From a virus (Duplodnaviria; Caudoviricetes), in the IMG/VR virus record IMGVR_UViG_3300032301_001148, positions 1 through 64,000 of that record: DNA of 64,000 bases; one strand, 5' to 3'. Positions 36,583-46,682 of this stretch are shown here, piece after piece (position 1 is the stretch's first letter; each line of letters starts with the position of its first letter). The translations under genes and the position numbers were made by a program. The notes beneath the pieces were generated by a model that was given only the letters and a program-made list of their open reading frames with translations, was not told the DNA's origin and did no database searches.

Positions 36583-39500
36583 ATGGCTTTGACACCAGAA
36601 CAAATTACGCAAATTAATAACACGCTTTTAACAAAATTAAATGGTGGCGAGTTTTTAAAAGATTTAAATAATCTTGAAAAAGTAGTTCAAATTAGAAATG
36701 CTTGGCTTGGACAAGCGGGAGGAGAATATACATATGCCATAGTTCCTGACAATATGATAGATTCTCTAACTCCGGAACGAAAAGCATTTTACGACGAGGC
36801 CGTTAAAAATGCAAATATAATTGTTGATAGATATATAACAAGTATGATAGCGGCAGGTCGTCAAAAAGAAATAACCAAGGCAACAGATGAAACCACTTTT
36901 AATAGCATTGTAGATAGTGTTGCAAATAGTGTTTCAGATAACGCCCTCGCTGCTGCACAAACTATTGATACAATGGTATTTAGTGGTTTATTGGGATTAA
37001 ACAAAAAACCAGAAAAAACCCCAGAACAAAAAGCACAACAAGCAAAAGAAAATCGTCTTAGTGAACAAGCAGCATTAATGCTCTCTATTGATACTATTTT
37101 ACAAAGTATAGTTCAAGGTGGCACAACAAATGTATCTTCAGAACAAAATCAAGTAACACAACTAAATAGGATATATAAGAACTTTGCCATTATTCGTTAT
37201 GAAGATGATAGGCAAAACCCAACTGGCCATTTCTTTTTAACTAATAAATTTACAAAAACAAAAGGGGTAGATAAATTATTTGAACAATTACCTCCGCAGC
37301 TTATATCTTTGTTAGTCCCCTCAATTAAACTATATAAAACGTTTTATCCTGTTCCTCCTGCCTCTTTTGCGTATGCTCCAACAAATAATGTTAAAGGTTA
37401 TGATTGGAGAATACCTTTTGACGATGTACCGGTTAGTTATAAAGACGAAACAAGTGAATTTGTTGCACAAGACATAAACAAGATATTAGATGGTCACGGT
37501 TCCTTTCATGGCGTTGGTATCAAATCTTTTTCTTATCACTACAAAGGTGTAAATCCAGCAGAAATAAATACTAATATTGAAGCCACATTAGATTTATTTT
37601 TTCAAAATCCAGAAGAATTAGTTAAAGAAATAGATATTAATTTCAAAGACCCAAGATTTAAAACACAACCATCATCTAATAATGGTTTTGATAATGTTAA
37701 ATTTTCATATCTTGATTTAATTAACGGCTCTTCAAGAACAATTAATGATGTATATGGACCAAGATTTAATAATGAATATTACAAAATAAAAATTGAGTGT
37801 GGATATACAGATATTAATATTGAAATGTTCAAAGAATTATTAAGAAATAGTTCTAAAAGCGATTATTCTAAATTTAATGAAAAAGAAATAGAAGACATAA
37901 TAAATGCAATAAATGGCTCTAAAGTTAAATTTAATTTAACTCCCTATAATTATGATATTAATTTTAATAAAGATGGTACCATAAATTTAAAAATTAATTT
38001 TGCTGCTTCTATAGATACCTTGCTTGCTTCACCAGAAGCAGATTTATTTTCTATAACTAAAGATACAAAAACTCTTAATAAATTTGTTAAAAAATTTAAT
38101 GATTTTTTGGATTTAAAACAGCAAAACAAGATTAATGAAAATAACGAACAGGCATCTTGTAAAAGCGTTGATGAGCTAAAAAAAGATTTACAAGAATTTA
38201 AACAAACATATGGTACTGAATTTGCTTATTTAAAAGAAGAAGATTTAGAAAAACAACTGAATCTAGCTAGAAAATATGTTTATAATGGTTTATTTAATTA
38301 CTTGGTTGGAAAAGAAATATTAGAAGGCGATAACTCTCAATCAATAAAACCAAAAATATATGTTGCTCTATTTAAGCCGGGTATTTTAGGCGTTAAAAAT
38401 AGCGATAATCAAAATAGTACCGAAAAAAGAATTTTAGCTTTAAAAGATGGTCAACAGCTTTTGGGTGTTGAACCGCTTTTTGATGATAAACAAATTTCTA
38501 CTCTTGTTCAAGAGTCCAGCGAAGAACAAACAACCAGCTCTAGCTCTCAACCACAAGAATTGGCTGATGTAGCTTTACAAACATTAGATGAAAGAATAAG
38601 TGTAAGATTTCCTGACCCAAACACGGAATTTTATAAAGTTAAATTTATTTTGCTAGGTGATATTTTAGATGTAGCATTGGAATGTTTGAATAACATCTCT
38701 CCTGCTAGCGATTGTCCAAGAATTATTTTTGGTGGTATACCAATGGCAATACCTACAGAAATAGTTGAAAGCTTTGGTTCTAATGTTGTAGCCAAGCTAC
38801 AAGAAATACATCCTAATTTAGCTGACATTCCAATTTCTTTTGATATGTTTCAAGAATTTATGATTGAACATATTGTTAGACCTAAAAAAGAACGCTACCC
38901 GATTATACAATTTATTAAAGATATAATTTCTGATTTAATTATACCCGCAATTTCTCCTGTCGTATTCGGGCAATCGTCTGCTATTAATGCTTCAATTAGA
39001 TTTTCGTCTGCTTACTTTACTCTTGATGCGCCGAATGGCAAAGATTTAATATTTAGAAAACTAGAAAAGGATAAAAAAGCATATCCTAAAGAAATAACAG
39101 ATAGAACATATCCTGCAATTATTAATGATAGCACTCTACAAGATATTAAAAAATATTTTGATGAAGGCGGCCATAAAGTAAATCCTACTAAGTCTACAAG
39201 TGTTACATCTAATGAGAAAAATGTTTCCGAAGATATAAATTATATGTTTATAACTTGTACAAGTAGATTTCCAAATATTTATAAAGGTAACGAAGTAGAC
39301 GACAAAAGTAAAGGTGTCATGCACATTAGAATGGGTACTGATAGTGGAATAGTAAAAGAAATTAATTTCAGTAAGAGTCCAACGCCATATTTGAGAGAAA
39401 TGGTTGCTCGTAGAGAGGGTAACGGAAAAGGCACTTCAATAAAACAGGTATATAATGCGACAGTTGAAATGTTTGGTAATAACATATTTCGTCCCGGCGA

Positions 39501-39735
39501 TTATATATACATTCATCCGCTATTTACATTTGGCTCTACTGGTAAAGCTTTAGACCTAGAACAATCATTAGGTGTTGGTGGTTATTATTTGGTTATTGAT
39601 GTAAAAACTGATATAAGCGACTTGTCCTTTAAAACTTCATTAAAATGTTCTTTCCAAGCGCACGTTGAAAAAGAATCAAAAGAAAATGTTAAAGTTAAGG
39701 TTGTAGGTATAAATGAAACGTGTGCTACTAAATAA
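36583..39735 (+). CDS. Large baseplate hub protein (gp27-like)
   Basis: Position after the LysM protein; C-terminal YNATVEMFGNNIFRPGDYIYI...GGYYLVIDVK hub-like motif. Confidence 0.65.
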   Translation: MALTPEQITQINNTLLTKLNGGEFLKDLNNLEKVVQIRNAWLGQAGGEYTYAIVPDNMIDSLTPERKAFYDEAVKNANIIVDRYITSMIAAGRQKEITKATDETTFNSIVDSVANSVSDNALAAAQTIDTMVFSGLLGLNKKPEKTPEQKAQQAKENRLSEQAALMLSIDTILQSIVQGGTTNVSSEQNQVTQLNRIYKNFAIIRYEDDRQNPTGHFFLTNKFTKTKGVDKLFEQLPPQLISLLVPSIKLYKTFYPVPPASFAYAPTNNVKGYDWRIPFDDVPVSYKDETSEFVAQDINKILDGHGSFHGVGIKSFSYHYKGVNPAEINTNIEATLDLFFQNPEELVKEIDINFKDPRFKTQPSSNNGFDNVKFSYLDLINGSSRTINDVYGPRFNNEYYKIKIECGYTDINIEMFKELLRNSSKSDYSKFNEKEIEDIINAINGSKVKFNLTPYNYDINFNKDGTINLKINFAASIDTLLASPEADLFSITKDTKTLNKFVKKFNDFLDLKQQNKINENNEQASCKSVDELKKDLQEFKQTYGTEFAYLKEEDLEKQLNLARKYVYNGLFNYLVGKEILEGDNSQSIKPKIYVALFKPGILGVKNSDNQNSTEKRILALKDGQQLLGVEPLFDDKQISTLVQESSEEQTTSSSSQPQELADVALQTLDERISVRFPDPNTEFYKVKFILLGDILDVALECLNNISPASDCPRIIFGGIPMAIPTEIVESFGSNVVAKLQEIHPNLADIPISFDMFQEFMIEHIVRPKKERYPIIQFIKDIISDLIIPAISPVVFGQSSAINASIRFSSAYFTLDAPNGKDLIFRKLEKDKKAYPKEITDRTYPAIINDSTLQDIKKYFDEGGHKVNPTKSTSVTSNEKNVSEDINYMFITCTSRFPNIYKGNEVDDKSKGVMHIRMGTDSGIVKEINFSKSPTPYLREMVARREGNGKGTSIKQVYNATVEMFGNNIFRPGDYIYIHPLFTFGSTGKALDLEQSLGVGGYYLVIDVKTDISDLSFKTSLKCSFQAHVEKESKENVKVKVVGINETCATK

Positions 39736-39738
39736 TTT

Positions 39739-41034
39739 ATGACTATTCCACAAAATGTACAAATTAACAAACCATTAGGTAAAAATTCTATTTCTTCTTT
39801 ATATGTATTATTTGAAGATAGAAGTTATTATCATGATTTTATCATCCCAGCTATAATTCAAAATTTTGGTTTTGTACCATTTGGAGACTTAACTAAAAAT
39901 AATTCTCTATATGGATTAGTGGATGAACAACTAAATGTTATTACTCCAGACAGTTCTTTTTTAAAACTAATTCCATCAGCTGACAATAAAGATAAATTGG
40001 TAATGGATTTTGTTGCTGATGCATTTATAGAAATGAACAATTATTTGGCCTCTGCCGTTGTCATCGGTAAATTGTCAAAAAATAGTCCATATTTCAATTT
40101 AAAATCACATAGAAGTTATATAAATCCTGCAACAGTAGTTAATGAATCACAAATAAGAATATTGAGCAAGTTTAATACTTATGCAAATTCTAATAAATCT
40201 CTATATTCATCTATAATTGATGAAGAATCGTTTAATAAAAAATATATTGATTATATTAAAAATCAAATAAAAAATAATTTTGTAATAACAAAAAGTGGTA
40301 TTGTATTATCTACTAATTTCTTTAATTTCGTCAGTGGTTTAGTAATAGATATAGCTAAAGATAAAGCAGACAACGATACTATAAAATATGACAAATATTT
40401 AAATGTTAATGATTTTGATTGCTTCCGAGATGCGTGCAAAAGATTTGGATTTAAGATAGATGTTAATGTTCCGTGGAGAATATACGCAGATTTAAATTCT
40501 CCTGCTATGAAAGAAAAATCTGGAAATCATATAGGCTATATGCAGAGATATAATTTGGGCGGTATAACAGATTTATTTTCAAAAAGATATTTAGTCGCCT
40601 ATGCAGAAGAAATAGAACATTTAAAAAACTATTTTTATAATTCTTATTCAGACTTTATGAAAAATAATTTATATTATGAATTAGATTATAATAAGCTACA
40701 ATCTTGTGATTTTAGAAAGAGTGTTGTAAGAAAAAGAGATTTAATTACAAGAGAACAATATTATCAAAAATTTCCTGATACGTACTGGTTACGTCTTTAT
40801 ACCTATTTTAGAAATTATGAAACAAAAAGAGGATTAACTCAGCAACAATTTGAAAACGTAGTACGTGAAGCCAATAATTATGTTAAAGCAGGAAGAAATT
40901 TTCCTGCTCTAACTTATGTAAACGATTATTTTAAACAATTTAAAGATGTTCAATATCTTTCTTCTTTACAGGCGAACAATAAAGTAGTAGAACAGAGAGT
41001 GCAAAGTGCTTTTGTGTCTGATTTAATTTTCTAG
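39739..41034 (+). CDS. Hypothetical protein (possibly virion-associated)
   Basis: 431-aa ORF tightly linked to the baseplate genes; FVADAF and GFKIDVNVPWRIYADL. Confidence 0.65.
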   Translation: MTIPQNVQINKPLGKNSISSLYVLFEDRSYYHDFIIPAIIQNFGFVPFGDLTKNNSLYGLVDEQLNVITPDSSFLKLIPSADNKDKLVMDFVADAFIEMNNYLASAVVIGKLSKNSPYFNLKSHRSYINPATVVNESQIRILSKFNTYANSNKSLYSSIIDEESFNKKYIDYIKNQIKNNFVITKSGIVLSTNFFNFVSGLVIDIAKDKADNDTIKYDKYLNVNDFDCFRDACKRFGFKIDVNVPWRIYADLNSPAMKEKSGNHIGYMQRYNLGGITDLFSKRYLVAYAEEIEHLKNYFYNSYSDFMKNNLYYELDYNKLQSCDFRKSVVRKRDLITREQYYQKFPDTYWLRLYTYFRNYETKRGLTQQQFENVVREANNYVKAGRNFPALTYVNDYFKQFKDVQYLSSLQANNKVVEQRVQSAFVSDLIF

Positions 41035-41042
41035 AGGAAATC

Positions 41043-42257
41043 TTGATTTTTCAAACTCTTGATGATAAAAATGAATGCGTTGGTTTTTTTGTTGACCAAA
41101 AATTAAATTTCCATCAATCAATTCCCGATAACTTATCTAAAACTTGGTCTTATTCCGGCTTTTTAAAGGGCAAGAATATTGACTATGCACAACTTTATTG
41201 TGATGGTAAAACGCTTGATGAAGTGTGCCCCGAGCATTTGAAGGAGGATTGGCAAAATATCAATAAAAAATTAAAGAGTATTATTTCTTCTTGCATTGAA
41301 TCAAAAGTGTCATTAAGAGAAAATTGTTTTTTTGATTTGACTCCGCAACGTTTTCTGGTTGAGTATTGTCATTTGCGAAATCAAATTAGTGAACATGTTT
41401 TTAATGCTTTTCCTAAGCCAAGTGAATATGATTTCTATAAGCGGTTTAATGAATTGCTGCACGATATTAAATGCAGAGATATGAATATTAATTTAGAGAA
41501 TATTCAGAACAAACTATGGAAAGAAAATGCCATGGCGTTCTACAAAAAGATTGCAAATGGCAATAATCATATTTCATACAATATGTTTGGTTCTATCACA
41601 GGTCGCCTGACGGTTAATAAAAACAGCTTTCCTATTTTGACATTTCCAAAACAGTTTCGTAGCATTCTTCAGCCGCAAAATGATTGGTTTATTGTATTTG
41701 ATATGAATGCCGCCGAACTACGCACCGCTTTGGCTTTAAATGGGCGAGCGCAACCCGAAGGCGACTTACATGGTTGGAGTGCCGAAAACGTTTTTAAAGG
41801 GCAGCTAGACCGCTCTAAAGCGAAAGAAACGGCAACTGCTTGGTTGTACAACTCACATTCTCCGCTTTCTGTACAGTATGATAAGGAATTAGCGCAGCTT
41901 TATGATAAGCAAGCATTATTAAAGAAGTATTGGATTGATGGTTATGTTGAAACGCCATATGGTCGTAAAATGCAAGCTGACGAACATCATGCAATATCAT
42001 ATTTAAATCAGTCTACGTTTATTGACATGTTTCATCGTCAAATTATTAAAGTGGATGATTATTTAAAAGATAAGAAAAGTTTTGTATCTTTCATGATTCA
42101 TGATGAATTTGTTTTGGATGTAACAGATGATGAAAAAAATGATATAGTCCAGATAATTAAGATACTGCAAAGCACGCCATATGGTACATTTCCTGTTAAT
42201 GTAAAGGCAGGAAAAAACTATGGTGAATTAAAGAAGTTAAATTTAAAGGTAGAGTAA
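41043..42257 (+). CDS. Family A DNA polymerase, polymerase core only
   Basis: TGRL, motif A FDMNAAELR, motif B RSKAKETATAWLY, VETPYGR, YLNQST and motif C MIHDE; SD gagg with TTG start. Confidence 0.8.
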   Translation: MIFQTLDDKNECVGFFVDQKLNFHQSIPDNLSKTWSYSGFLKGKNIDYAQLYCDGKTLDEVCPEHLKEDWQNINKKLKSIISSCIESKVSLRENCFFDLTPQRFLVEYCHLRNQISEHVFNAFPKPSEYDFYKRFNELLHDIKCRDMNINLENIQNKLWKENAMAFYKKIANGNNHISYNMFGSITGRLTVNKNSFPILTFPKQFRSILQPQNDWFIVFDMNAAELRTALALNGRAQPEGDLHGWSAENVFKGQLDRSKAKETATAWLYNSHSPLSVQYDKELAQLYDKQALLKKYWIDGYVETPYGRKMQADEHHAISYLNQSTFIDMFHRQIIKVDDYLKDKKSFVSFMIHDEFVLDVTDDEKNDIVQIIKILQSTPYGTFPVNVKAGKNYGELKKLNLKVE

Positions 42258-43084
42258 TGCAAACAGTTATTTGTCTTGGCCCAAAAGCTTGTGATATTGG
42301 AGAGCTATTTGAAAAAGATAGTGATTTTCAAGTTAAGCTTATTGATAAAGAAATTGAAGGCGATAATTGCCTTGGGTTAGAAAAGCAAAAAACTCCAGAA
42401 GATTATGAAAAAAGCGTTCCAGATATGAGTGGTTTTTTCAAAGACGCTCATGACGAAATACTATTTATTACAACAGGTGAATGCGATGTATTAAGCTGTT
42501 CTTTGAAAATTTTACAACAAATAAAAGATAAAAATATCACTATTATTTATTTAAGGCCAAATGCCGATTTTCTTGGAAGACAAGGTACATTACAAGATAA
42601 AATGGCATTTAACATATTTCAGGAATATACTCGTTCTGGATTATTTAAAAAATTATTTATTATCAATGAAGAAAATATTGAACAGCACCTTTTAAATGAA
42701 ATGCCCATAACAGAAATTTATGAAGCATACTTAAAGATGATACATAATTTTGTTTTGAATTTAAATTTTATAGAAAGTGAACCATTAATTAATCATTTTT
42801 CTCCACCAAAAGATATCAGCAGAATATGCACATTTGCTTTTTATGATTTGCATACTAACAGTGAAGTCTCAATGTATAATTTTAATTTAATAGATGATAA
42901 AGTTTATCATTTTTTTCTTACAGAAGACACGCTGAAAACAAATACAAAAATAATGAGAGAAATAAAAGATAAATTAAAAAATAAAGTACTTGACGGCATG
43001 AAGGTTTCATATACAATCTATAGTACATCAGGAGATACGGATTATTGCTTTGTTGTTTATTATAGTAAGGCAATTCAACCATAG
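42257..43084 (+). CDS. Degenerate tubulin/FtsZ-fold protein (PhuZ/TubZ-like)
   Basis: N-terminal VICLGPKACDIG at the position of the IGLGxAGxNI loop; Rossmann beta-alpha pattern (VKLID, ILFIT, IIYLRP, LFIINE); the GGGTGSG signature is not retained. Confidence 0.5.
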   Translation: MQTVICLGPKACDIGELFEKDSDFQVKLIDKEIEGDNCLGLEKQKTPEDYEKSVPDMSGFFKDAHDEILFITTGECDVLSCSLKILQQIKDKNITIIYLRPNADFLGRQGTLQDKMAFNIFQEYTRSGLFKKLFIINEENIEQHLLNEMPITEIYEAYLKMIHNFVLNLNFIESEPLINHFSPPKDISRICTFAFYDLHTNSEVSMYNFNLIDDKVYHFFLTEDTLKTNTKIMREIKDKLKNKVLDGMKVSYTIYSTSGDTDYCFVVYYSKAIQP

Positions 43085-43091
43085 GTGATAA

Positions 43092-43334
43092 ATGAAAAGC
43101 TACCACGCTACATACGTAAAAAAGAATGGCGATATAAGAAATATGCATTTTGCTAAATTAAAAGACTTGCCAAGTGCATTTGTAAATGATAAGATTAGAG
43201 GCGGTAATCAACAACATAATTTAGATGAAGGCATGGAACTTGTTTGGGACATGCAAAATAAAGGATTCCGTATTATTAATTGGAATACGGTTGAAGGTGC
43301 AGTAAAAGAAGAAGAAGTAGAGTTTGTACTTTAA
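43092..43334 (+). CDS. Small SH3/Sm-like barrel protein (WYL_2-like)
   Basis: YVKKNGDIR.M.F ... VWDMQNKGFRIINW pattern. Confidence 0.5.
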   Translation: MKSYHATYVKKNGDIRNMHFAKLKDLPSAFVNDKIRGGNQQHNLDEGMELVWDMQNKGFRIINWNTVEGAVKEEEVEFVL

Positions 43335-43359
43335 CTGTAGCACAGACCGTGGTACAGTT
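43330..43359 (+). promoter_or_regulatory. Candidate sigma70-type extended -10 promoter of the SSB gene
   Basis: TG-g-TACAGT at 43350-43358, inside the inverted repeat aactgta / tacagtt. Confidence 0.45.
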
Positions 43360-43405
43360 CATAACAGTTAGCGGGAGATTTACCGACTAACAAGGAGAAA
43401 AACAC

Positions 43406-44182
43406 ATGGGTATTGACGTAAAGAAAATGAAAGCAAAGCTTCAAGCACTACAAAACAAGGGCGGTTCTGGCAGCAAGACTCTTTTCTGGAGTCCAAAGGA
43501 AGGTCAAAATTATTCACTCCGTATTGTTCCTACACCAGACGGTGACCCTTTCAAGGAATACTGGTTCCATTATGAGCTAGGCACACAAGGCGGATTCCTC
43601 TGTCCAAAGAAGAACTTTGGTGACCAATGCGCTGCTTGTGATTTTGCAAGCAAGCTTTACAAGGAAAAGGATGAAGAGTCCACAAAGATGGCTAAGAAAT
43701 TTCTTCCACGTCAACGTTTCTTTTCACCGGTACTTGTACGTGGTGAAGAAAAGGAAGGCTTGAAGGTTTGGGGTTATGGTAAGAATGCTTACCAAGACCT
43801 TATCAATCTTGTTCTCAATCCAGATTACGGCGATATCACCGACCCAGAAGCTGGAACAGACCTTTCTATTCATTCAGCAAAGGCACCCGGCCAAAGCTTC
43901 CCAATGACAAAGATTGTTGCTGCTCGTAAGACCAGCAAGCTTTGCCAAGGTACTGATGTAGAGTGCAAGGAATTACTTGAGACACTTCCTGATTTTGACA
44001 AGCTTCACACTCGCAAGACTTCACAAGAAGTATCAACTATTCTTGACGAGTATCTTGCCAGTGCCGATAACGATGCCGATGCAGAAGCTTCTTCAAGTGA
44101 AACAAAGAAGTTCGCAGCTGCTACGCCTGTAAAGAGCAAGAGTGCCGTTGATTCTGCATTTGAAGAATTAATGAGTAATTAA
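43406..44182 (+). CDS. Single-stranded DNA-binding protein (gp32-like)
   Basis: LRIVP, H...CP......C..C Zn motif, KVWGYGK, DITDP..G.D and an acidic C-terminus ending SAFEELM; SD aaggag. Confidence 0.8.
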   Translation: MGIDVKKMKAKLQALQNKGGSGSKTLFWSPKEGQNYSLRIVPTPDGDPFKEYWFHYELGTQGGFLCPKKNFGDQCAACDFASKLYKEKDEESTKMAKKFLPRQRFFSPVLVRGEEKEGLKVWGYGKNAYQDLINLVLNPDYGDITDPEAGTDLSIHSAKAPGQSFPMTKIVAARKTSKLCQGTDVECKELLETLPDFDKLHTRKTSQEVSTILDEYLASADNDADAEASSSETKKFAAATPVKSKSAVDSAFEELMSN

Positions 44183-44239
44183 TCTTTTCTTCAAAAGCTA
44201 AGTCAACAAGGCTTAACATTGTAGAATAGGTATAGTATA

Positions 44240-44280
44240 AAGAAGGGAACAGGGTAAAACTTGTTCCCTTCTTGTCTTTC
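44240..44280 (+). terminator. Terminator-like hairpin
   Basis: 12-bp stem aagaagggaaca / tgttcccttctt followed by gtctttc. Confidence 0.6.
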
Positions 44281-44292
44281 TAGGAGATAATA

Positions 44293-45435
44293 ATGTCAAT
44301 GGCTAAAAACAAAAATAAAGAATCAGCAGGAAAAGTATCTATTGGACAATTGCGTGATTTGCTAAATAAGAAAAGCGGTCGTGAAGTTGCATATGATTTG
44401 CAAGATGAGAATCCAACCGAAGTAACAGATTGGATTCCAACTGGCTCACGTTGGCTTGATTCAATTATTTGTCGTGGAAAGCTTGCGGGAATTCCAGTAG
44501 GCAAGATTAGCGAATTAGCTGGTCTTGAAGGTAGCGGTAAATCCTATATGGCTGCACAGATTGCCGCTAATGCACAAAAGATGGGAATTGATGTTATCTA
44601 TTTTGATTCCGAAAGTGCTATTGACCCTGAATTCATGAAGAAAGCGGGGTGTGATATGTCACGTATTCTTTATGTTCAAGCCGAGAACGTAGAATATGTT
44701 TTGGAAAGCATTGAAGACCTCCTAAAGAACAATCAAAATCGTATGTTATTTATTTGGGATTCTATGGCATTAACTCCAAGCAAGACAGACTTAGAAGGTG
44801 ATTTTGACCCACAATCTTCTATGGCCGTTAAGCCACGTATTCTTGCTAAGGGTTTGTCAAAACTTATTCAACCAATTGCAAATAGTCAAAGCACGCTTCT
44901 TGTTTTAAACCAATTAAAGACAAACCTACAGGTTCAGAATATCAAGTATGCAACTGATAGTGAAAGATATACAACGCCAGGAGGTAAGGCTTTATCTTAT
45001 GCCTATAGCCTCCGTATTTGGCTTACAGGAAGAAAGGCAAAAGATAGTTATGTTCTTGATGAACGCGGATATAAGGTTGGCAGCGAAGTTAAGGCAAGAC
45101 TTGAAAAATCTCGCTTTGGCACAGCAGGAAGAGAATGCCTTTTCAAAATCATGTGGGGAGGAGCAATCGGTGTTCTTGATAATGAAAGCATCTTTGAGGC
45201 AATTAAACCTTTCATTAAACAAACTGGTGCTTGGTATGAGATGGAAGTTGACGGACAAGCTAAGAAATTCCAGCAATCTTCATGGGAAGAATTAATGAAA
45301 GAAGAAGGTTTCAAAAAAGCCGTTCTTGATATTATGGATAAAGAAGTTGTAGTTAAATTTGATACCCGTGAAGGGGATGCAAAGAATTTTTATAATATAG
45401 AGGGCGAAGAACCACAATCAGAAGAATTAAATTAA
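44293..45435 (+). CDS. recA: RecA/UvsX recombinase
   Basis: WIPTGS..LD, Walker A GLEGSGKS, DSE.A.D, IWDS, NQL and TPGGKAL. Confidence 0.92.
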   Translation: MSMAKNKNKESAGKVSIGQLRDLLNKKSGREVAYDLQDENPTEVTDWIPTGSRWLDSIICRGKLAGIPVGKISELAGLEGSGKSYMAAQIAANAQKMGIDVIYFDSESAIDPEFMKKAGCDMSRILYVQAENVEYVLESIEDLLKNNQNRMLFIWDSMALTPSKTDLEGDFDPQSSMAVKPRILAKGLSKLIQPIANSQSTLLVLNQLKTNLQVQNIKYATDSERYTTPGGKALSYAYSLRIWLTGRKAKDSYVLDERGYKVGSEVKARLEKSRFGTAGRECLFKIMWGGAIGVLDNESIFEAIKPFIKQTGAWYEMEVDGQAKKFQQSSWEELMKEEGFKKAVLDIMDKEVVVKFDTREGDAKNFYNIEGEEPQSEELN

Positions 45436-45446
45436 TAAAATAGTTG

Positions 45447-45491
45447 TTGCAGATAGAGCCGCACCAGTGTATTATGAACTGGTGCGGTTTT
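45447..45491 (+). promoter_or_regulatory. Terminator-like hairpin overlapping a sigma70-like promoter
   Basis: 10-bp stem ccgcaccagt (45459-68) / actggtgcgg (45478-87) plus tttt. TTGCAG-17-TATTAT places the -10 in the loop. Confidence 0.5.
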
Positions 45492-45506
45492 CTATTTGGA
45501 GGATAT

Positions 45507-46436
45507 ATGGCTCTAGGATTATGTTGTCAGTATTTGCAAGAAAACAAAAAGCGTAATGGAACTGTATATACAGAAAATATTATAGATGAAAAAAGTTTAC
45601 AGCTAGGTGCTTATAAGGCTGGTAAATACAGCGAACAACGTATCGTTGATACATATCATAATAACGTTGATGAACATATTCGTTTCTTTCCAAAGCTTAT
45701 TGAAAACAACATCAAATCATTTCGTATTTCTAGTTCCTTGTTCCCTCTATATGAGTTTGCAGGAGAACTCGCAAGGAATGACCAAAAACTTATTAATAAA
45801 CTTGCCTATCTAGGTGGTTTATTTTTCAAGCATGGCATTCGTGTAACTACGCATCCCGGTCAATTTACAATCATTAATAGCAATACTGATAGAATTATTC
45901 ACAATAGCATTCGTGAATTGGCATATCATGCATGGATATTTGATACAATGGGTTTTGACCAAACGCCTTATTATGCAATCAACATTCATGGTGGTAAGCG
46001 TGGCAATATGGAAAAACTTATTGAAGTAACACAAACGTTACCATCAAATATTAAGAACCGTCTTACATTTGAGAATGATGAAAGGTGTTTCAATGTCAAA
46101 CAGTTACTTGAAGTATATGAAAAGACAGGTGTTCCTGTTGTTCTTGATAGTCATCACCATTCTTTTGGAGCTAATGATTTGTCTTTCATAGATGCATTTT
46201 ATGAAACTCTTAAGACATGGCGCAAGATAAAGCCTTTACAACATCTTTCTAATACTGAACCAAGCAAAATGAACGGCTCTTTTAGTGACCGCCGAAGTCA
46301 CTCTAACTATATTCATTATGTTCCCGATATTCAACTTGCAGCAATTAAAGATAATTTGATTGACGTTGACATTGAGGCTAAAATGAAAAATCTTGCTCTA
46401 ATTAAAATGAGACAAGATTATGGCATCCAAGCGTAA
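45507..46436 (+). CDS. uvsE: UV-damage endonuclease (UvsE/UvdE)
   Basis: RISSSLFP, TTHPGQF, INIHGG, FENDE, LDSHHH, HLSN, HSNYI and DIEAKMK; SD ggagga before the ATG at 45507. Confidence 0.9.
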   Translation: MALGLCCQYLQENKKRNGTVYTENIIDEKSLQLGAYKAGKYSEQRIVDTYHNNVDEHIRFFPKLIENNIKSFRISSSLFPLYEFAGELARNDQKLINKLAYLGGLFFKHGIRVTTHPGQFTIINSNTDRIIHNSIRELAYHAWIFDTMGFDQTPYYAINIHGGKRGNMEKLIEVTQTLPSNIKNRLTFENDERCFNVKQLLEVYEKTGVPVVLDSHHHSFGANDLSFIDAFYETLKTWRKIKPLQHLSNTEPSKMNGSFSDRRSHSNYIHYVPDIQLAAIKDNLIDVDIEAKMKNLALIKMRQDYGIQA

Positions 46437-46641
46437 AGGTAATTTTAAGCCAAAGATTGGTCAATTGGTGGCATGGCCCATGGTGTATACTTTTACAGGA
46501 GAGCCTATAGAATATTTGGGCATAATAACTCACATATTTCCTGATGGTTTAGTAGAGGTATCATTTCTTAAAAATAATTGGATTATTACTCTTCAACTAA
46601 AACATTTAAAATTATTAAATGATGTTGAAAAGGGACATTAG
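46420..46641 (+). CDS. Hypothetical protein (KOW/SH3-like)
   Basis: PKIGQLV...GIIT...VEVSF pattern. Confidence 0.5.
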   Translation: MASKRKGNFKPKIGQLVAWPMVYTFTGEPIEYLGIITHIFPDGLVEVSFLKNNWIITLQLKHLKLLNDVEKGH

Positions 46642-46652
46642 TGTGGTACTAT
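46625..46652 (+). promoter_or_regulatory. Candidate sigma70-type promoter
   Basis: TTGAAA-16-TACTAT with extended TG. Confidence 0.5.
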
Positions 46653-46682
46653 GTATTTGTAGTTCCACCCAAGGAGAGAAAT

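Noticed and set aside
40965-40993. Possible promoter TTTACA-17-TAGAAC for the PolA core gene
   Set aside because: The -10 lacks the conserved final T and the site lies in coding sequence; too weak to report.
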